Shown: positions 24,052-36,252 of the stretch, piece after piece
How positions within the stretch are numbered: position 1 is the stretch's first letter
Layout of the letters: each line of letters opens with the position of its first letter
Assembly (NCBI GenBank): GCA_963766715.1
Contig: CAVYBH010000008.1
Span: 352,001-416,000 of the forward strand
Length of the DNA: 64,000 nucleotides
Reading direction: 5' to 3'
Origin: an uncultured delta proteobacterium
Lineage (GTDB): Bacteria > Myxococcota > Myxococcia > Myxococcales > Anaeromyxobacteraceae
Notes under the pieces: model-generated
Database searches by the model: none
The model's input: the letters and a program-made list of their open reading frames with translations, nothing else
Told to the model about the DNA's origin: nothing
Made by a program: the position numbers and the translations under genes

Positions 24052-25056
24052 TCCTTCCGGCCATCGCGAGGCTCGTCGACGGCGGGGACCTCACCCGCGC
24101 CGAGATGGTGGAGCTGATGGGCGAGGTGGCCGACGGCGGCGCCACCCCGGCGCAGGTCGGCGCCTTCCTGGCCGCGCTCCGGCTCAAGGGGGAGACGGTC
24201 GAGGAGATCGCCGGCGCCGCCCAGGTGATGCGCGATCGGTCGGAGCGGATCCGGGTCGATCGCGAGGTCTTCGTCGACACCTGCGGCACCGGCGGCGACG
24301 GCCGGAACACCTTCAACATCTCGACCACGGCGGCCTTCGCGGTGGCCGGGGCCGGCGTGGCGGTGGCCAAGCACGGCAACCGATCGGTCTCCTCGAAGTG
24401 CGGCTCGGCCGACGTGCTGGCGGCGCTGGGCGTCGACGTCGACGCGCCCCGGGATCGGGTGGAGCGCTGCATCGCCGAGGTGGGCATCGGGTTCCTCTTC
24501 GCGCCCCGGCTCCACCCCGCGTTCAAGGCGGTGGCCGGCATCCGGCGCGAGCTGGCCATCCGCACCGTCTTCAACCTGCTCGGCCCGCTGGCCAACCCGG
24601 CCGGCGCCCGCTACCAGGTGATGGGCGTGTACGAGCCCCGCTGGGTGCCGGTCATCGGCGGGGTGCTGGCCGCCCTCGGCTCCGTCCACGCCTTCGTGGT
24701 CCACGGCGACGGCCTCGACGAGATCTCGGTCTCCGGGCCCACCGAGGTCGCCGAGGTCCACGGCGGCCAGGTGCGGACCTTCCGGCTCTCGCCCGAGGAC
24801 CTGGGCGTGGGGCGCTGGCCCGTCGAGGCGCTCACCGGCGGCGACGCGGCCCACAACGCCAGGATGACGCTCGACGTCCTCTCCGGCCAGAAGGGCGCGC
24901 CCGCGGGACGCGGTGCTCGCGAACGCCGCCGCCGCGCTGGTGGCGGCCGGCGCCGCGCCCGACCTCCGGGCGGGCTCGCGGCTGGCCGCCGACGCCATCG
25001 ATCGGGGCGCCGCCCGCGAGAAGCTCGACCTCCTCGCCGCGGCGAGCCGCGCATGA
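24048..25056 (+). CDS. trpD: Anthranilate phosphoribosyltransferase (frameshift near 24905)
   Basis: [45 protein letters not shown]. Confidence 0.95.
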
Positions 25057-25835
25057 CCATCCTGGCGGAGATCCTGGCGCGGAAGGTCACCGAGGTGGCC
25101 CGCCGCCGGACCGGGCTTCCCGAGCAGGAGCTCGAGGCCCGCGCGGCGGCGACGCCCGCACCCCGCCGGCTCGCCGACGCGCTCTCGCCCCCGGGCGGAC
25201 CGGTCCGGATCGTCGCCGAGGTGAAGCGCGCCAGCCCGTCCGCCGGCGCCATCGACTCCGGCCTCGACGCGCCCGCCCAGGCCGCCCGGTACGCCGCGGC
25301 GGGCGCCGCGGCCATCTCGGTGCTGACCGACGGGCCCGGCTTCGGCGGATCGCTCGACGACCTGGCCGCGGCCCGGGCCCGGGTCGACGTGCCGCTGCTC
25401 CGGAAGGACTTCGTGCTCGAGCGCTACCAGCTCCTCGAGGCCCGGGCGTGGGGCGCGGACGCCGCGCTGCTCATCGTGGCGGCGCTGCCCGGCGACCTGC
25501 TGCGGCGCCGGCTCGACGACTGCGCGTCGCTGGGGCTGTCGGCGCTGGTCGAGGTCCACGACCTGGCCGAGGCGGAGCGCGCGGTCGCCGCCGGGGCCCG
25601 GATCGTGGGCGTGAACAACCGCGACCTCCGCACCTTCGTGGTCGACCTGGCCGCCAGCGAGCGGGTGCTGCCCGCCCTGCCGCCGGGCGTCCTGGGCGTG
25701 TCCGAGAGCGGCATCCGCTCCCCGGCGGACGTGGCCCGGCTGCGGAGGTCGGGCGCCGCGAACTTCCTCGTCGGCGAGGCGCTGGTGCGCGCGGCCGATC
25801 CGGGCGCGCTGCTCCGGGACATGGCGGCCGCGTGA
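25053..25835 (+). CDS. trpC: Indole-3-glycerol phosphate synthase
   Basis: [38 protein letters not shown]. Confidence 0.95.
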   Translation: MTILAEILARKVTEVARRRTGLPEQELEARAAATPAPRRLADALSPPGGPVRIVAEVKRASPSAGAIDSGLDAPAQAARYAAAGAAAISVLTDGPGFGGSLDDLAAARARVDVPLLRKDFVLERYQLLEARAWGADAALLIVAALPGDLLRRRLDDCASLGLSALVEVHDLAEAERAVAAGARIVGVNNRDLRTFVVDLAASERVLPALPPGVLGVSESGIRSPADVARLRRSGAANFLVGEALVRAADPGALLRDMAAA

Positions 25836-26455
25836 GCATCGTTCGCATCAAGATCTGCGGGGTGACCCGCGAGGAGGACGCGCTCGCCGCGGTCCGGCTC
25901 GGCGCCGACGCGCTGGGCTTCAACTTCTGGCCCGGGTCGAAGCGCCACCTCACTCCGGCGGCGGCCCGCCGGATCATCGAGCGGCTCCCGCCGCTGGTGA
26001 CCTCGGTGGGCGTCTTCGTGAACCAGCCGGAGGGCGAGATGCGCGCCATCGCCGCCGAGACCGGGATCCAGGTCTTCCAGCTCCACGGAGACGAGCCGCC
26101 CGAGCTCTGCGCGCGGATGCCGCTGCCGGTCGTGAAGGCCATCCCGGTGGACAAGGTCCGGACGCTCTCCCGGCTGCTCTCCTACGAGGTCTCGGCCTTC
26201 CTGCTCGACACGCCCTCGCGCGGATACGGCGGGACCGGCGAGCCCTTCGACTGGTCGCTCGCCGAGGGGGTCTCGGAGGTGGCGCCGGTCATCCTGGCCG
26301 GGGGGCTCACCCCCGAGAACGTGGCCGACGCCGTCCGCGCGGTCCGCCCCTACGCCGTCGACGTGGCGAGCGGCGTCGAGTCATCACCAGGAGTGAAAGA
26401 CATGGACAGGATGTCCCGCTTCATCGCCGCCGTCCGCGAGGTCCGGCTCCCATGA
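25832..26455 (+). CDS. trpF: Phosphoribosylanthranilate isomerase
   Basis: [43 protein letters not shown]. Confidence 0.95.
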   Translation: MSIVRIKICGVTREEDALAAVRLGADALGFNFWPGSKRHLTPAAARRIIERLPPLVTSVGVFVNQPEGEMRAIAAETGIQVFQLHGDEPPELCARMPLPVVKAIPVDKVRTLSRLLSYEVSAFLLDTPSRGYGGTGEPFDWSLAEGVSEVAPVILAGGLTPENVADAVRAVRPYAVDVASGVESSPGVKDMDRMSRFIAAVREVRLP

Positions 26456-27730
26456 GCAGGAGACTCCCCGACCCGGGCGGCCACTTCGGCCCCTACGGCG
26501 GCCGCTTCGTCCCCGAGACGCTGGTCCCGGCCCTCGACGAGCTGGAGCAGGCCTGGCGCGAGGCCCGGGGCGACCCGGCCTTCGCGCGAGGAGCTGACCC
26601 GGCTCCTCACCCGGTTCGCCGGGCGCCCCACGCCGCTCGGCGACGGGCTGCGCATGGGCGCGGACGCGGGCGGCTGCCGGGTGGTGCTGAAGCGCGAGGA
26701 CCTCTGTCACACCGGCGCGCACAAGATCAACAACACGCTGGGGCAGGTGCTCCTGGCCCGCCGGATGGGGAAGCGGCGCATCATCGCCGAGACCGGCGCG
26801 GGGCAGCACGGGGTGGCCACCGCCACCGCCGCGGCGCTCTTCGGGATGCCCTGCGACGTCTTCATGGGGGCGCTCGACGTGGAGCGGCAGGCGCTCAACG
26901 TCTTCCGGATGCAGCTCCTGGGGGCGCGGGTCGTGCCGGTCCAGTCCGGCTCGCGAACCCTCAAGGACGCGATGAACGAGGCCATCCGCGACTGGGTGAC
27001 GAACGTCCGCGACACCCACTACATCATCGGCTCGGTGGCGGGCCCGCACCCCTACCCGGCCATGGTCCGCGACTTCCAGGCGGTCATCGGCGACGAGGCG
27101 CGCGCCCAGGTGCTCGCCGTGTGCGGCCGGCTCCCGGACGCGATCGTGGCCTGCGTGGGCGGCGGCTCCAACGCCATGGGGATCTTCTCCGCCTTCCTCG
27201 CCGACCCGAGCGTCCGGCTGGTCGGGGTGGAGGCGGCGGGGCACGGCCTCTCCACGGGGAAGCACGGCGCGGCGCTGGCCCTGGGCCGGCCCGGCGTGCT
27301 CCACGGCTCGCGGAGCTACGTCCTCCAGGACGAGGACGGCCAGATCGTCGAGGCCCACTCCATCAGCGCCGGCCTCGACTACCCCGGCGTGGGGCCCGAG
27401 CTCGCCTGGCTGAAGGACCAGGGGCGCCTCGAGCTGCGCCAGGCCACCGACGACGAGGCCCTCGACGCGCTGGGGTACCTGGCGCGCACCGAGGGAATCA
27501 TCCCGGCGCTGGAGACCGCCCACGCGGTCGCGGCCGCCCGCATCCTGGCCCGGGAGCTCGGGCCGCGAGGTCTTCTCCTGGTGAACGTCTCCGGGCGCGG
27601 CGACAAGGACGTCGACCACGTCCGGCGCGCGCTCGCCGAGCGGGCGGCGCGGCCGGCCCCGCGGCGGAAGCGGAAGCCCGGAGCGAAGCCGGCGGGCAAG
27701 CCCGCGCGCCGCGGCGGGAGGGGCCGATGA
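26452..27730 (+). CDS. trpB: Tryptophan synthase beta chain (frameshift near 26588)
   Basis: [62 protein letters not shown]. Confidence 0.97.
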
Positions 27731-28539
27731 GCGCTCCGCCCCGACCGCATCCAGGCCGCCTTCGCCGCCGCCCGCGCGCGCGGAGGCGCCGCGCTCGTCA
27801 CCTACGTGATGGGCGGCGACCCCGACCTGGCCACCTCCCGGGAGGCGGCGCTGGCCTGCGCCGCCGGGGGCGCCGACATCCTCGAGATCGGGATGCCCTT
27901 CTCCGATCCGATCGCCGACGGCAAGACCATCCAGGGCGCCGGCGAGCGGTCGCTGCGGGCCGGCACGACGGTGGCCGACTGCCTGCGGCTGGCCGCCGAG
28001 GTCCGCAAGCGCGACGACCGCCGCCATCGCGCTCATGGGGTACGCCAACCCGGTCCTGGCCATGGGCGAGGAGCGCTTCCTCGACGGCTGCGTCCGCTCC
28101 GGGGTGGATGCGGTCATCCTCCCCGACCTTCCCCCGGAGGAGGCGACCTCCTTCCGGGAGGCCGCCGCGGCGCGCGGCGTGGCGGTCGTCTTCCTCCTCG
28201 CCCCGACCTCGACCCCGGCCCGCGTGGAGGCCGCCTGCCAGCGCGGCCACCGGGTTCCTCTACTTCGTGTCGGTGACCGGCGTCACCGGCGCCCGGACCG
28301 GCCTCCCCGCCGACCTGGGCGAGAAGGTGGCCGCGGTGCGGCGCCGGAGCCCGGTCCCGGTGGTGGTGGGCTTCGGGGTGGGCACGCCGGAGCAGGCCCG
28401 GAAGGTCGGGCGGCTCGCCGACGGCGTGGTGGTGGGGAGCGCCATCGTGCAGCGCATCGCCCAGGGCGGGACCCGCAAGGCGAGGGCCGAGCGGGTGCGC
28501 CGGTTCGTCTCGTCGCTCTCGCGGGCGCTGCGGCGCTGA
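27727..28539 (+). CDS. trpA: Tryptophan synthase alpha chain (several frameshifts)
   Basis: [53 protein letters not shown]. Confidence 0.95.
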   Translation: MSAPPRPHPGRLRRRPRARRRRARHLRDGRRPRPGHLPGGGAGLRRRGRRHPRDRDALLRSDRRRQDHPGRRRAVAAGRHDGGRLPAAGRRGPQARRPPPSRSWGTPTRSWPWARSASSTAASAPGWMRSSSPTFPRRRRPPSGRPPRRAAWRSSSSSPRPRPRPAWRPPASAATGFLYFVSVTGVTGARTGLPADLGEKVAAVRRRSPVPVVVGFGVGTPEQARKVGRLADGVVVGSAIVQRIAQGGTRKARAERVRRFVSSLSRALRR

Positions 28540-28569
28540 CCCGGAGCCGGGCCGGGCCGCGGCCCCTGC

Positions 28570-29586
28570 TCACATCACCGGCCGCTCGATGGCCAGCGCG
28601 ATCACGCGCACCTGCCGCATCAGCTCGTCGAACTCCGGGATGGTGAGCGACTGGTGCCCGTCGGAGAGGGCCTTCTCCGGCTTCGGGTGGACCTCGACCA
28701 TGATGCCGTCGGCCCCGGCGGCGACGCCGGCCCGGGCGATGGCGGCCACGTGCTTGCGCAGGCCGATGCCGTGGGACGGATCGACGATCACCGGCAGGTG
28801 GGAGAGCGACTTCACGACCGGGATGGCGTTGATGTCGAGGGTGTTGCGGGTGGCGGTCTCGAAGGTCCGGATGCCGCGCTCGCAGAGCATGACGTCCGGG
28901 TTGCCCTTCGAGACGATGTACTCGGCCGCCATGAGCCACTCCTTGATGGTCCCGGAGAGGCCGCGCTTCAGCATGACCGGCTTCCGCACCTGCCCGAGCC
29001 GCTCCAGCAGCGGGTAGTTCTGCATGTTGCGGGCGCCCACCTGCAGGATGTCGGCGTAGTCGGCCACCAGCGGCACCGTGTCGGTGGACATCACCTCGGT
29101 GATGACCTTGAGGCCGGTCTCCTCGCGGGCGAGCGCGAGCAGCTTCAGCCCCTCCTCGCGCAGCCCCTGGAACTCGTAGGGGCTGGTGCGGGGCTTCCAG
29201 GCGCCGCCGCGGAGGATGGAGGCCCCGGCCTTCTTCACCGCGCGTGCGGTCTCGAGGATCTGGTCCTTCGACTCGACCGAGCAGGGGCCCGCCATGACCA
29301 CGATGGCCCGGCCGCCGATCTTCACGCCCCCCACGTCGATGACGGTGTCCTCCTCCTTCACCTCGCGCGAGACGAGCTTGAAGGGCTGGGAGACGCGCAG
29401 GGCCTCGGCCACGCCGGGGAGCATGGCGAAGGCGTCGGGCTCGATGGCCCCGGTGTTGCCCACCACGGCCACCACGCGCCGCTCGCTGCCGATGATGGGG
29501 TGCGGGGTGAGCCCCAGGGACCGGACCCGCTCGATGACGGCGTCGAACTCGGCCTCGGTGGCGTGGGGCTTCATCGTGACGAACAT
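28570..29586 (-). CDS. aroF: DAHP synthase type I-beta with N-terminal ACT-like domain (downstream copy)
   Basis: [42 protein letters not shown]. Confidence 0.93.
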   Translation of the reverse strand: MFVTMKPHATEAEFDAVIERVRSLGLTPHPIIGSERRVVAVVGNTGAIEPDAFAMLPGVAEALRVSQPFKLVSREVKEEDTVIDVGGVKIGGRAIVVMAGPCSVESKDQILETARAVKKAGASILRGGAWKPRTSPYEFQGLREEGLKLLALAREETGLKVITEVMSTDTVPLVADYADILQVGARNMQNYPLLERLGQVRKPVMLKRGLSGTIKEWLMAAEYIVSKGNPDVMLCERGIRTFETATRNTLDINAIPVVKSLSHLPVIVDPSHGIGLRKHVAAIARAGVAAGADGIMVEVHPKPEKALSDGHQSLTIPEFDELMRQVRVIALAIERPVM

Positions 29587-29594
29587 GGGATCTC

Positions 29595-30610
29595 CTAGAG
29601 GGGGCGGCCGACCGCGCCGGCGATGACCCGGACCTGGTCCATCAGCGCCGCGAACTCCTGGGCGGTGAGGGACTGCTGCCCGTCGGACAGCGCCTTCTCC
29701 GGGCAGGGGTGGACCTCGATGATGAGGGCGTCCGCGCCGGCGGCGACCGCGGCCCGGGCCATGGCCGGCACATGGGCGCGCAGGCCGATGCCGTGCGACG
29801 GGTCGACCACGACCGGCAGGTGGGTGAGCGACTTGAGCACCGGCACCGCGTTCAGGTCGAGGGTGTTGCGGGTGGCGGTCTCGAAGGTGCGGATGCCGCG
29901 CTCGCAGAGGGCCACGCGGGGGTTGCCGTGGGCCACCACGTACTCGGCGGCCATGAGCCACTCCTTGACGGTGGCCGAGGGGCCGCGCTTCAGGAGGATG
30001 GGGCGGGCGATCTTCCCCAGCTGCTTGAGCAGCGAGAAGTTCTGCATGTTCCGGGCGCCGATCTGCACCATGTCGGCGTACTCGGCGACCATGGGGAGCG
30101 TCTCCACGTCGATGGCCTCGGTGATGATCTTGCAGGCCGGTCTCCTCGCGGGCCAGCGCGAGCAGCTTCAAGCCCCTCCTCGGCGAGCCCCTGGAACTCG
30201 TAGGGGCTGGTGCGGGGCTTGTAGGCGCCGCCGCGGAGCACGGTGGCGCCCGCCGCCTTCACGGCGCGCGCGGCCTCGAGGATCTGCTCCTTCGACTCCA
30301 CCGAGCAGGGGCCGGCCATGACCACGAGGCCGCTGCCGCCGATCTCCACGCCGCCGACGTCGACGACGGTGTCCTCCTCCTTCACCTCGCGCGACACGAG
30401 CTTGAAGGGCTGGGAGACGCGGATGGCCTCGCGGACGCCGGGCAGGCCCTCGAAGAGCGCCGGGTCGAGCCCTCCCTTGTTGCCGGTGATGCCGATGGCG
30501 GTGCGCTGGGCGCCGGGGATGGCGTGGGGCTGGAGCCCCAGGGAGCGGATCTTCTCGACGACGGCGTCCACCTGGGCTTCGGTGGCGTTCGGCTTCATCA
30601 CGACCAGCAT
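29595..30610 (-). CDS. aroF: DAHP synthase type I-beta (upstream copy; frameshifts near 30130-30175)
   Basis: [10 protein letters not shown]..., [34 protein letters not shown]. Confidence 0.92.
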
Positions 30611-30743
30611 TCGGTGCGCGACCTCCTGCGAACGGGGCGCGAAGGATACACCCGAACGGCCCCGCCGTCGAATAGCGACGATCGCCACGGATTTCCTGGA
30701 TTTCCGGCGCTCCGGGCTAGAATCGCCCCGTGCGCGACCGCCG

Positions 30744-31181
30744 ATGGGACCACCTCTACGACCTCCGAATCGCCAGCCGGTGAAGGAGGTCATCCTCGCG
30801 CGGTTCGCCGAGGAGCTGGCCGGACGGCTCGGCGCCTGGCCGCCTCCGGACGTGGAATGGGCGACCGACGAGCTGCGCCGCCGCTGGGCCGCCGGGCTCG
30901 AGTCGGCCCCGCGCGCCGAGGTCCTCCGGCTCGCGCTCGAGCTGGCGCGGCTCGACCTCCTCCGGGAGCACGAGGCCTTCGACGAGGCCATGCGGAACCG
31001 GGCGCCCGCCACCTGCCAGGGCCCGGCCGACGAGGCCGCCCTCCAGCTCCTCGTCCTCTACGTGACCGAGGAGTGCCTGGCGCTGAAGGACTGGGCCGAG
31101 GGGGCGAAGCTCTCCCGGGCCGACCTGGCCGGCGCCGTCGACCTGGCCGAGCGCAGCCTCTTCCGGGTCACGCTGGGCTAG
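30744..31181 (+). CDS. Hypothetical helical protein
   Basis: TAGAAT -10-like element at 30718-30723; GC3-biased ORF VKEVILARFAEEL...LAERSLF; no motif recognised. Confidence 0.6.
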   Translation: MGPPLRPPNRQPVKEVILARFAEELAGRLGAWPPPDVEWATDELRRRWAAGLESAPRAEVLRLALELARLDLLREHEAFDEAMRNRAPATCQGPADEAALQLLVLYVTEECLALKDWAEGAKLSRADLAGAVDLAERSLFRVTLG

Positions 31182-31203
31182 GTCGTCCCCCGCGCCGCCC
31201 GGG

Positions 31204-31854
31204 CTACTTCCCCTTCGGGACCTTCTCCCAGTCGGCCAGGAACTTCTTCAGGCCGATGTCGGTGAGCGGGTGCTGCGCGAGCTGGGCCAGCACGGCGTAC
31301 GGGATGGTCGCGACGTCGGCGCCCATGCGGGCCGCCTGGACGACGTGGAGCGGGTTGCGCACCGAGGCCACGAGCACCTGCGTCCCGAAATCGTAGTTCC
31401 GGTAGATCTCGAGGATCTGCGCGATGAGCGCCATGCCGTCCTCGGAGACGTCGTCGAGCCGTCCCACGAAGGGCGAGACGTAGCTCGCGCCGGCCTTGGC
31501 GGCGAGCAGCGCCTGGCTGGGCGAGAAGCAGAGGGTGACGTTGGTGCGGATGCCCTCGGAGGTGAGGGCCTTCACGGCCTTCAGCCCCTCGACGATGAGC
31601 GGAACCTTGATGACCACGTTGGGGCCGAACTTCGCGTAGTGGTGGGCCTCCCGGATCATCCCGTCGAAGTCGACCGCGGTGACCTCGGCCGAGACCGGTC
31701 CGGGGACGAGCGCGACGATCTCCTTCAGCACCTCCTCGAAGGGCCGGCCGGTCTTCGCGACCAGCGACGGGTTGGTGGTCACGCCGTCGCACAGGCCGAG
31801 GTCGAGGGCCTTCTGGATCTCTCCGATGTCCGCGGTGTCGATGAAGAATCTCAC
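31204..31854 (-). CDS. tal: Transaldolase/fructose-6-phosphate aldolase (short type)
   Basis: [43 protein letters not shown]. Confidence 0.93.
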   Translation of the reverse strand: MRFFIDTADIGEIQKALDLGLCDGVTTNPSLVAKTGRPFEEVLKEIVALVPGPVSAEVTAVDFDGMIREAHHYAKFGPNVVIKVPLIVEGLKAVKALTSEGIRTNVTLCFSPSQALLAAKAGASYVSPFVGRLDDVSEDGMALIAQILEIYRNYDFGTQVLVASVRNPLHVVQAARMGADVATIPYAVLAQLAQHPLTDIGLKKFLADWEKVPKGK

Positions 31855-31905
31855 GGTGCCTCCGGATTGGTGGGTTCGCGGGCAAGGTGCTACAAGGACG
31901 CGAAC

Positions 31906-32941
31906 ATGTTGTCGAGCCGGAAATCCGTTCGCAGCGGGAAGGCGCGGGCCAAGTCGCCTCGCGCCGCCTCCGCCCGCAGGAAGTCCCTCGTCGACTACGG
32001 GCGCATGGTGCTCGACACCGAGGCCCGCGCCATCGGCGCGCTGCGCCTCGACGACGCCTTCGCCACCGCCGTGGAGTGGATCCTGGCCTGCAAGGGGCAG
32101 GTCGTCCTCACCGGGATCGGCAAGCCGGGGTTCGTGGCCCAGAAGATCTCGGCCACGCTGGCCTCCACCGGCACCCACTCCATCTACCTGCACCCCGCCG
32201 AGGCGGCCCACGGCGACCTGGGACGCGTCTCCCGGACCGACGTGATCATCGCGCTCTCCAACAGCGGCGAGTCGGAGGAGATCCTCCGGCTGCTGCCCGC
32301 GGTGAAGCGGATCGGCGCGCGGATCGTGGCCGTGACCCGCGACGGGCAGAACCCGCTGGCCCGGGCCGCCGACCTGGTGGTCGCCATCGGCGACGTGGAG
32401 GAGGCCTGCCCGATGGGGCTCGCGCCCACCACCAGCACGGCGGCGCTGCTCGCCATCGGGGACGCGCTCGCCATGGCGGTGCTGGAGAACCGGCCCTTCG
32501 GGCGCGACGAGTACGCCCTCTACCACCCGGGCGGGAAGCTCGGGCGCCACCTCATGAAGGTGCACGAGCTCATGCGGGCGCGGCGAGGCGAACCCGCTCG
32601 TGCGCGCCGACGCGCCGCTCAAGCAGGCCGTGGCGGTCATGACCCGGACGCCGGGACGCCCGGGCGCGGCCACGATGGTGGACGGGCGCGGCAAGCTCCT
32701 CGGGGTCTTCACCGACGGTGACCTGCGCCGGCTGGTGGAGCGCCAGCAGGTGGACTTCGACGCCCCGGTCTCGACGGTGATGACCCGCAACCCCCGGACG
32801 GTCCGCCCGGAGGAGCGCCTGGTGGAGGCCGCCCGCGTCATGCGCGAGGCCCGCATCGACCAGGTGCCGGTGGTCGACGCGGCCGGGCGGGCCGTCGGCC
32901 TGCTCGACGTGCAGGACCTGCTCGCGGCCCGCATCCTCTAG
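31906..32941 (+). CDS. kdsD: KpsF/GutQ arabinose-5-phosphate isomerase, SIS plus CBS domains (frameshift near 32585)
   Basis: [51 protein letters not shown]. Confidence 0.93.
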
Positions 32942-32958
32942 CGCCCGAGGCCGCCCGC

Positions 32959-33614
32959 ATGGCGACGACCCCCGAAGCCCGGCTGCGACGCGACCTCGTG
33001 GAGGTCTGCCGGCGGCTGCACGAGCGCCGGCTGATCGGGGCCGGCGAGGGCAACGTCTCCTGCCGGCTGGGGCGCGATCGACTCCTGGTGACGCCCTCCG
33101 GCGCGAGCAAGGGGTACCTGCGCCCGGCCGACCTGGTGGTCGTGGACCTCGCCGGCGAGAAGGTGCGCGGCCGGGGCCGACCGTCCACCGAGCTGCTCAT
33201 GCACCTGGCGGCCTACGCGGCGCGGCCCGACGCGGGGGCGGTGGTCCACGCCCACCCGCTCACCGCGGTGGCCTTCACCGTCGCCGGGCGTACCCGCCGC
33301 CGGACGACCTGCTCCCCGAGGCGGTGCTGGTCCTCGGCCGGATCGCCGTCGCCCCCTTCGCCACCCCGGGCACCGACGAGGTGCCCCGGTCGCTCGCGCC
33401 CTTCTGGAAGGGGCACTCGGTGATCCTGCTCGAGCGGCACGGCGCGCTGGCGCTGGGGACCGGCCTCTTCCAGGCCCTCGATCGCATGGAGACGCTGGAG
33501 CGCGTGTGCGAGGTCGCCGCTCGCGGCCCGGGCGCTGGGGCGCTGCGAGCCCCTGCCGCGCTCGGCGGTCGAGAAGGTGCTCGCCGCCGGGCGGGCGCTG
33601 GCTGGCCGACGCTA
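32959..33614 (+). CDS. Class II aldolase/adducin family protein (frameshifts; 3' end approximate)
   Basis: GEGNVS, VTPSG, PSTELLMH, VVHAHP, LLERHGAL (Zn-binding His residues). Confidence 0.85.
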
Positions 33615-34120
33615 CGCGAACATCGCGACGAGGATGAGGGCGATCGGGCCGGCCGCGAAGAGCGCGATCGCCGCCCAGGTCAGCGGATGGTGCGGGGCGA
33701 CCCGGAGCCCGGTACCGTTGGCGCGCGGGACGAGAAGCCAGCCCCGAGGCGGAGGCACCGGGATCTCCACGCTTCCGGGGCCTTCCCGGCGTAGGTCGCG
33801 ATCAGCGCCGCCGGGAGGAAGAGGATCCCGATCCCGGCAGCCATCGCGACCAGCCCCGGGCCCTGCCGAGGGATCGCCGAGAGCCCGGTCAGGATCGCCA
33901 GGAACCACTGCGCGCCGAGCGTGAGGGAGACGACGAGCCTTCGTGAACGGGCCGGATCCGGGGCGGGCGACGAGTGGGCCAGGACGAAACGACGCAGGAG
34001 ACCGAGCCAGGCGACGCCCACGAGCCCCGAGAGGAGTGGCGCACCCGCCGTCCGCACGGACGGGGTGAGTCCCACCGCGCCGAGGAGGACGAACGGTCCC
34101 AGGTGAAGGAGGGTCTTCAC
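33612..34120 (-). CDS. Small membrane protein, C-terminus loosely DUF5808-like (frameshift near 33755)
   Basis: Several hydrophobic segments, then LLVPRANGTGLRVAPHHPLTW and a final TM segment. Confidence 0.45.
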
Positions 34121-34144
34121 ACCCGGGATCTTGCCATCACCCGC

Positions 34145-34633
34145 TCAGAGCGGGTAGCCGCCCACCGGGGCGATGTCGAGCTCCGGCGCCTCGGCCAGCA
34201 GCCTCCCCACCGTCGAGTCGGTCCCCGGGACGACCATGTCCGGGCGGAGCTCCGCGAGGGGCGCCAGGACGAAGCGGCGCCGGGCCATCTCCGGGTGGGG
34301 GAGGGTGAGCTCCGGCGTCCGCACCACCAGGTCGCCGACGAGCAGCAGGTCGAGGTCGAGCGTGCGCGGGCCCCAGCGCACGTCCCGGAGCCGGCCGGCA
34401 GCCTGCTCCACCTCGCGCAGGAGCCGGAGCAGCGAGGCGGGCGTCCGCGTCGTCTCCAGCTCCAGGACCGCGTTCAGGTAGCGCGGCTGCGGCGGCCCGA
34501 GCGGCGCCGTGTCCCAGACGCGCGAGGCACGGACCACCGCCACCCCGGGCGCCTCCCGCAGCGCGCGGCCGGCCGCGACCAGGCGCGCCCAGCGGTCGCC
34601 GAGGTTCGTTCCGACGGCGACGAAGGCGCGCAT
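34145..34633 (-). CDS. folK: 2-amino-4-hydroxy-6-hydroxymethyldihydropteridine diphosphokinase
   Basis: VAVGTNLGDR, YLNAV, RWGPRTLDLDLL, LPHP, RRFVLAPL. Confidence 0.95.
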   Translation of the reverse strand: MRAFVAVGTNLGDRWARLVAAGRALREAPGVAVVRASRVWDTAPLGPPQPRYLNAVLELETTRTPASLLRLLREVEQAAGRLRDVRWGPRTLDLDLLLVGDLVVRTPELTLPHPEMARRRFVLAPLAELRPDMVVPGTDSTVGRLLAEAPELDIAPVGGYPL

Positions 34634-34647
34634 CCGGGCTCCCCTCC

Positions 34648-35400
34648 CTAGACCACCGGGTTCTTCAGGACGCCCACGCCGCTCACCTCGACCTCGACCC
34701 AGTCGCCGCGCCGGATCGGACCGACTCCCTCGGGCGTTCCGGTGGAGACGAGGTCGCCGGGCAAGAGCGTCATGATCTGGGAGATGAAGGCCACGAGCGC
34801 GTAGGGGTCGAAGACCATGTCGCGGGTCGACCCGCGCTGGCGCTGCTCGCCGTTCACGCGGCAGATGACCACCTGGTCCATGGGGTCGAGCGCCGTCTCC
34901 ACCACCGGCCCGATCGGGCAGAAGGTGTCGTAGGACTTGGCGCGGGTGAAGTGCTGCTCGGCCCGCTGGATGTCCCGGGCCGAGACGTCGTTCAGGCAGG
35001 TCCAGCCGAAGATGGCCTCGCGCGCCGCCACCGCGTTCCCGGCCGTGAGGGGACGGCCGATGACCGCCGCCAGCTCCGCCTCGTGGTGGACCTCCTTCGA
35101 GGCCTCGGGGAGGCGGATCTCCTGCATGGGACCGATGATGGCCGTGGAGGGCTTGAGGAAGAGCAGCGGCTCCTTCGGGACCTCGTTTCCCAGCTCCTTC
35201 GCGTGGGCCCGGTAGTTGCGCCCCACGCACACCACCTTGGACGGCAGCACCGGCGCGAGGAAGGTGACCTCGGCGAGCGGGAAGGCCGGCCCCTCGGGCA
35301 GCCCGCCGTCCCAGGGCGCCGCCGACAGGGCCCGCACCTGCGCGCCCTCGAGCACGCCGTAGCGCTCCTGCCCCTTCCGGGAGAAGCGGCAGGTCCTCAC
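34648..35400 (-). CDS. Fumarylacetoacetate hydrolase family protein
   Basis: [46 protein letters not shown]. Confidence 0.92.
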   Translation of the reverse strand: MRTCRFSRKGQERYGVLEGAQVRALSAAPWDGGLPEGPAFPLAEVTFLAPVLPSKVVCVGRNYRAHAKELGNEVPKEPLLFLKPSTAIIGPMQEIRLPEASKEVHHEAELAAVIGRPLTAGNAVAAREAIFGWTCLNDVSARDIQRAEQHFTRAKSYDTFCPIGPVVETALDPMDQVVICRVNGEQRQRGSTRDMVFDPYALVAFISQIMTLLPGDLVSTGTPEGVGPIRRGDWVEVEVSGVGVLKNPVV

Positions 35401-36214
35401 GGCGCACCCCGCAGCCCGAGGACGTCGTGCATGTCGTAGACGCCGGGCGCGCGCCCCTTCACCCAGCGCGCGGCGCGCAGGGCGCCTCGTCGCGAACTGA
35501 TCGCGGGAGGTGGCCCGGTGGGTGACCTCCAGGCGCTCCCCCTGGCCGGCGAAGTAGACGGTGTGCTCCCCCACCACGTCCCCTCCGCGCAGCGTCATGA
35601 CCCCGATCTCCCGGGGCGAGCGCTCGCCGATCATGCCGTGGCGCTCGTAGACCACGTCCTTCGCCGGATCGCGGTGGAGCGCCTCGGCGGCCACCTCGGC
35701 CAGCCGGACCGCGGTGCCGCTGGGCGCGTCCTTCTTCTTCCCGTGGTGCATCTCCACGATCTCGACGTCGTAGGCGTCGCCGAGCACGCGGGCGGCCTGC
35801 TCCACCAGCGCGAACATCACGTTCACGCCGACGCTCATGTTGGGCGAGAGCACCACCGGGATCCGGGCCGCGTGCTCGCGGATCCGGGCCTTCTCCTCGG
35901 CGGAGATGCCGGTGGAGCCGATGACCATGGCCACCCCGTGGGCGGCGGCGATGGCCGTGTTCTGCACCGAGGCCTCGTGGCTCGTGAAGTCGACGACCAC
36001 GTCGGCCCGGACCGCGTCGAGGAGCGGGCGCAGGTCCTCCGCGACCGGGACGCCGATGCGGGGAAGCCCGGCCGCCTCGCCGGCGTCCCCGGGCCCCGCG
36101 TAGCCGGGGCGCTCCACCGTCCCGACGAGCGTCAGGTCGGCGGACTCCCGGAGCATCCGGAGGATGTGGCCGCCCATCCGGCCGGCGACCCCGGTCACGC
36201 ACGACGTTCACCAT
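35397..36214 (-). CDS. dapB: 4-hydroxy-tetrahydrodipicolinate reductase (frameshifts near both ends)
   Basis: [45 protein letters not shown]. Confidence 0.95.
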
Positions 36215-36252
36215 GTCGTTCTCCTTGGATCCGGGGCGCGCGGAAGGCGCGA

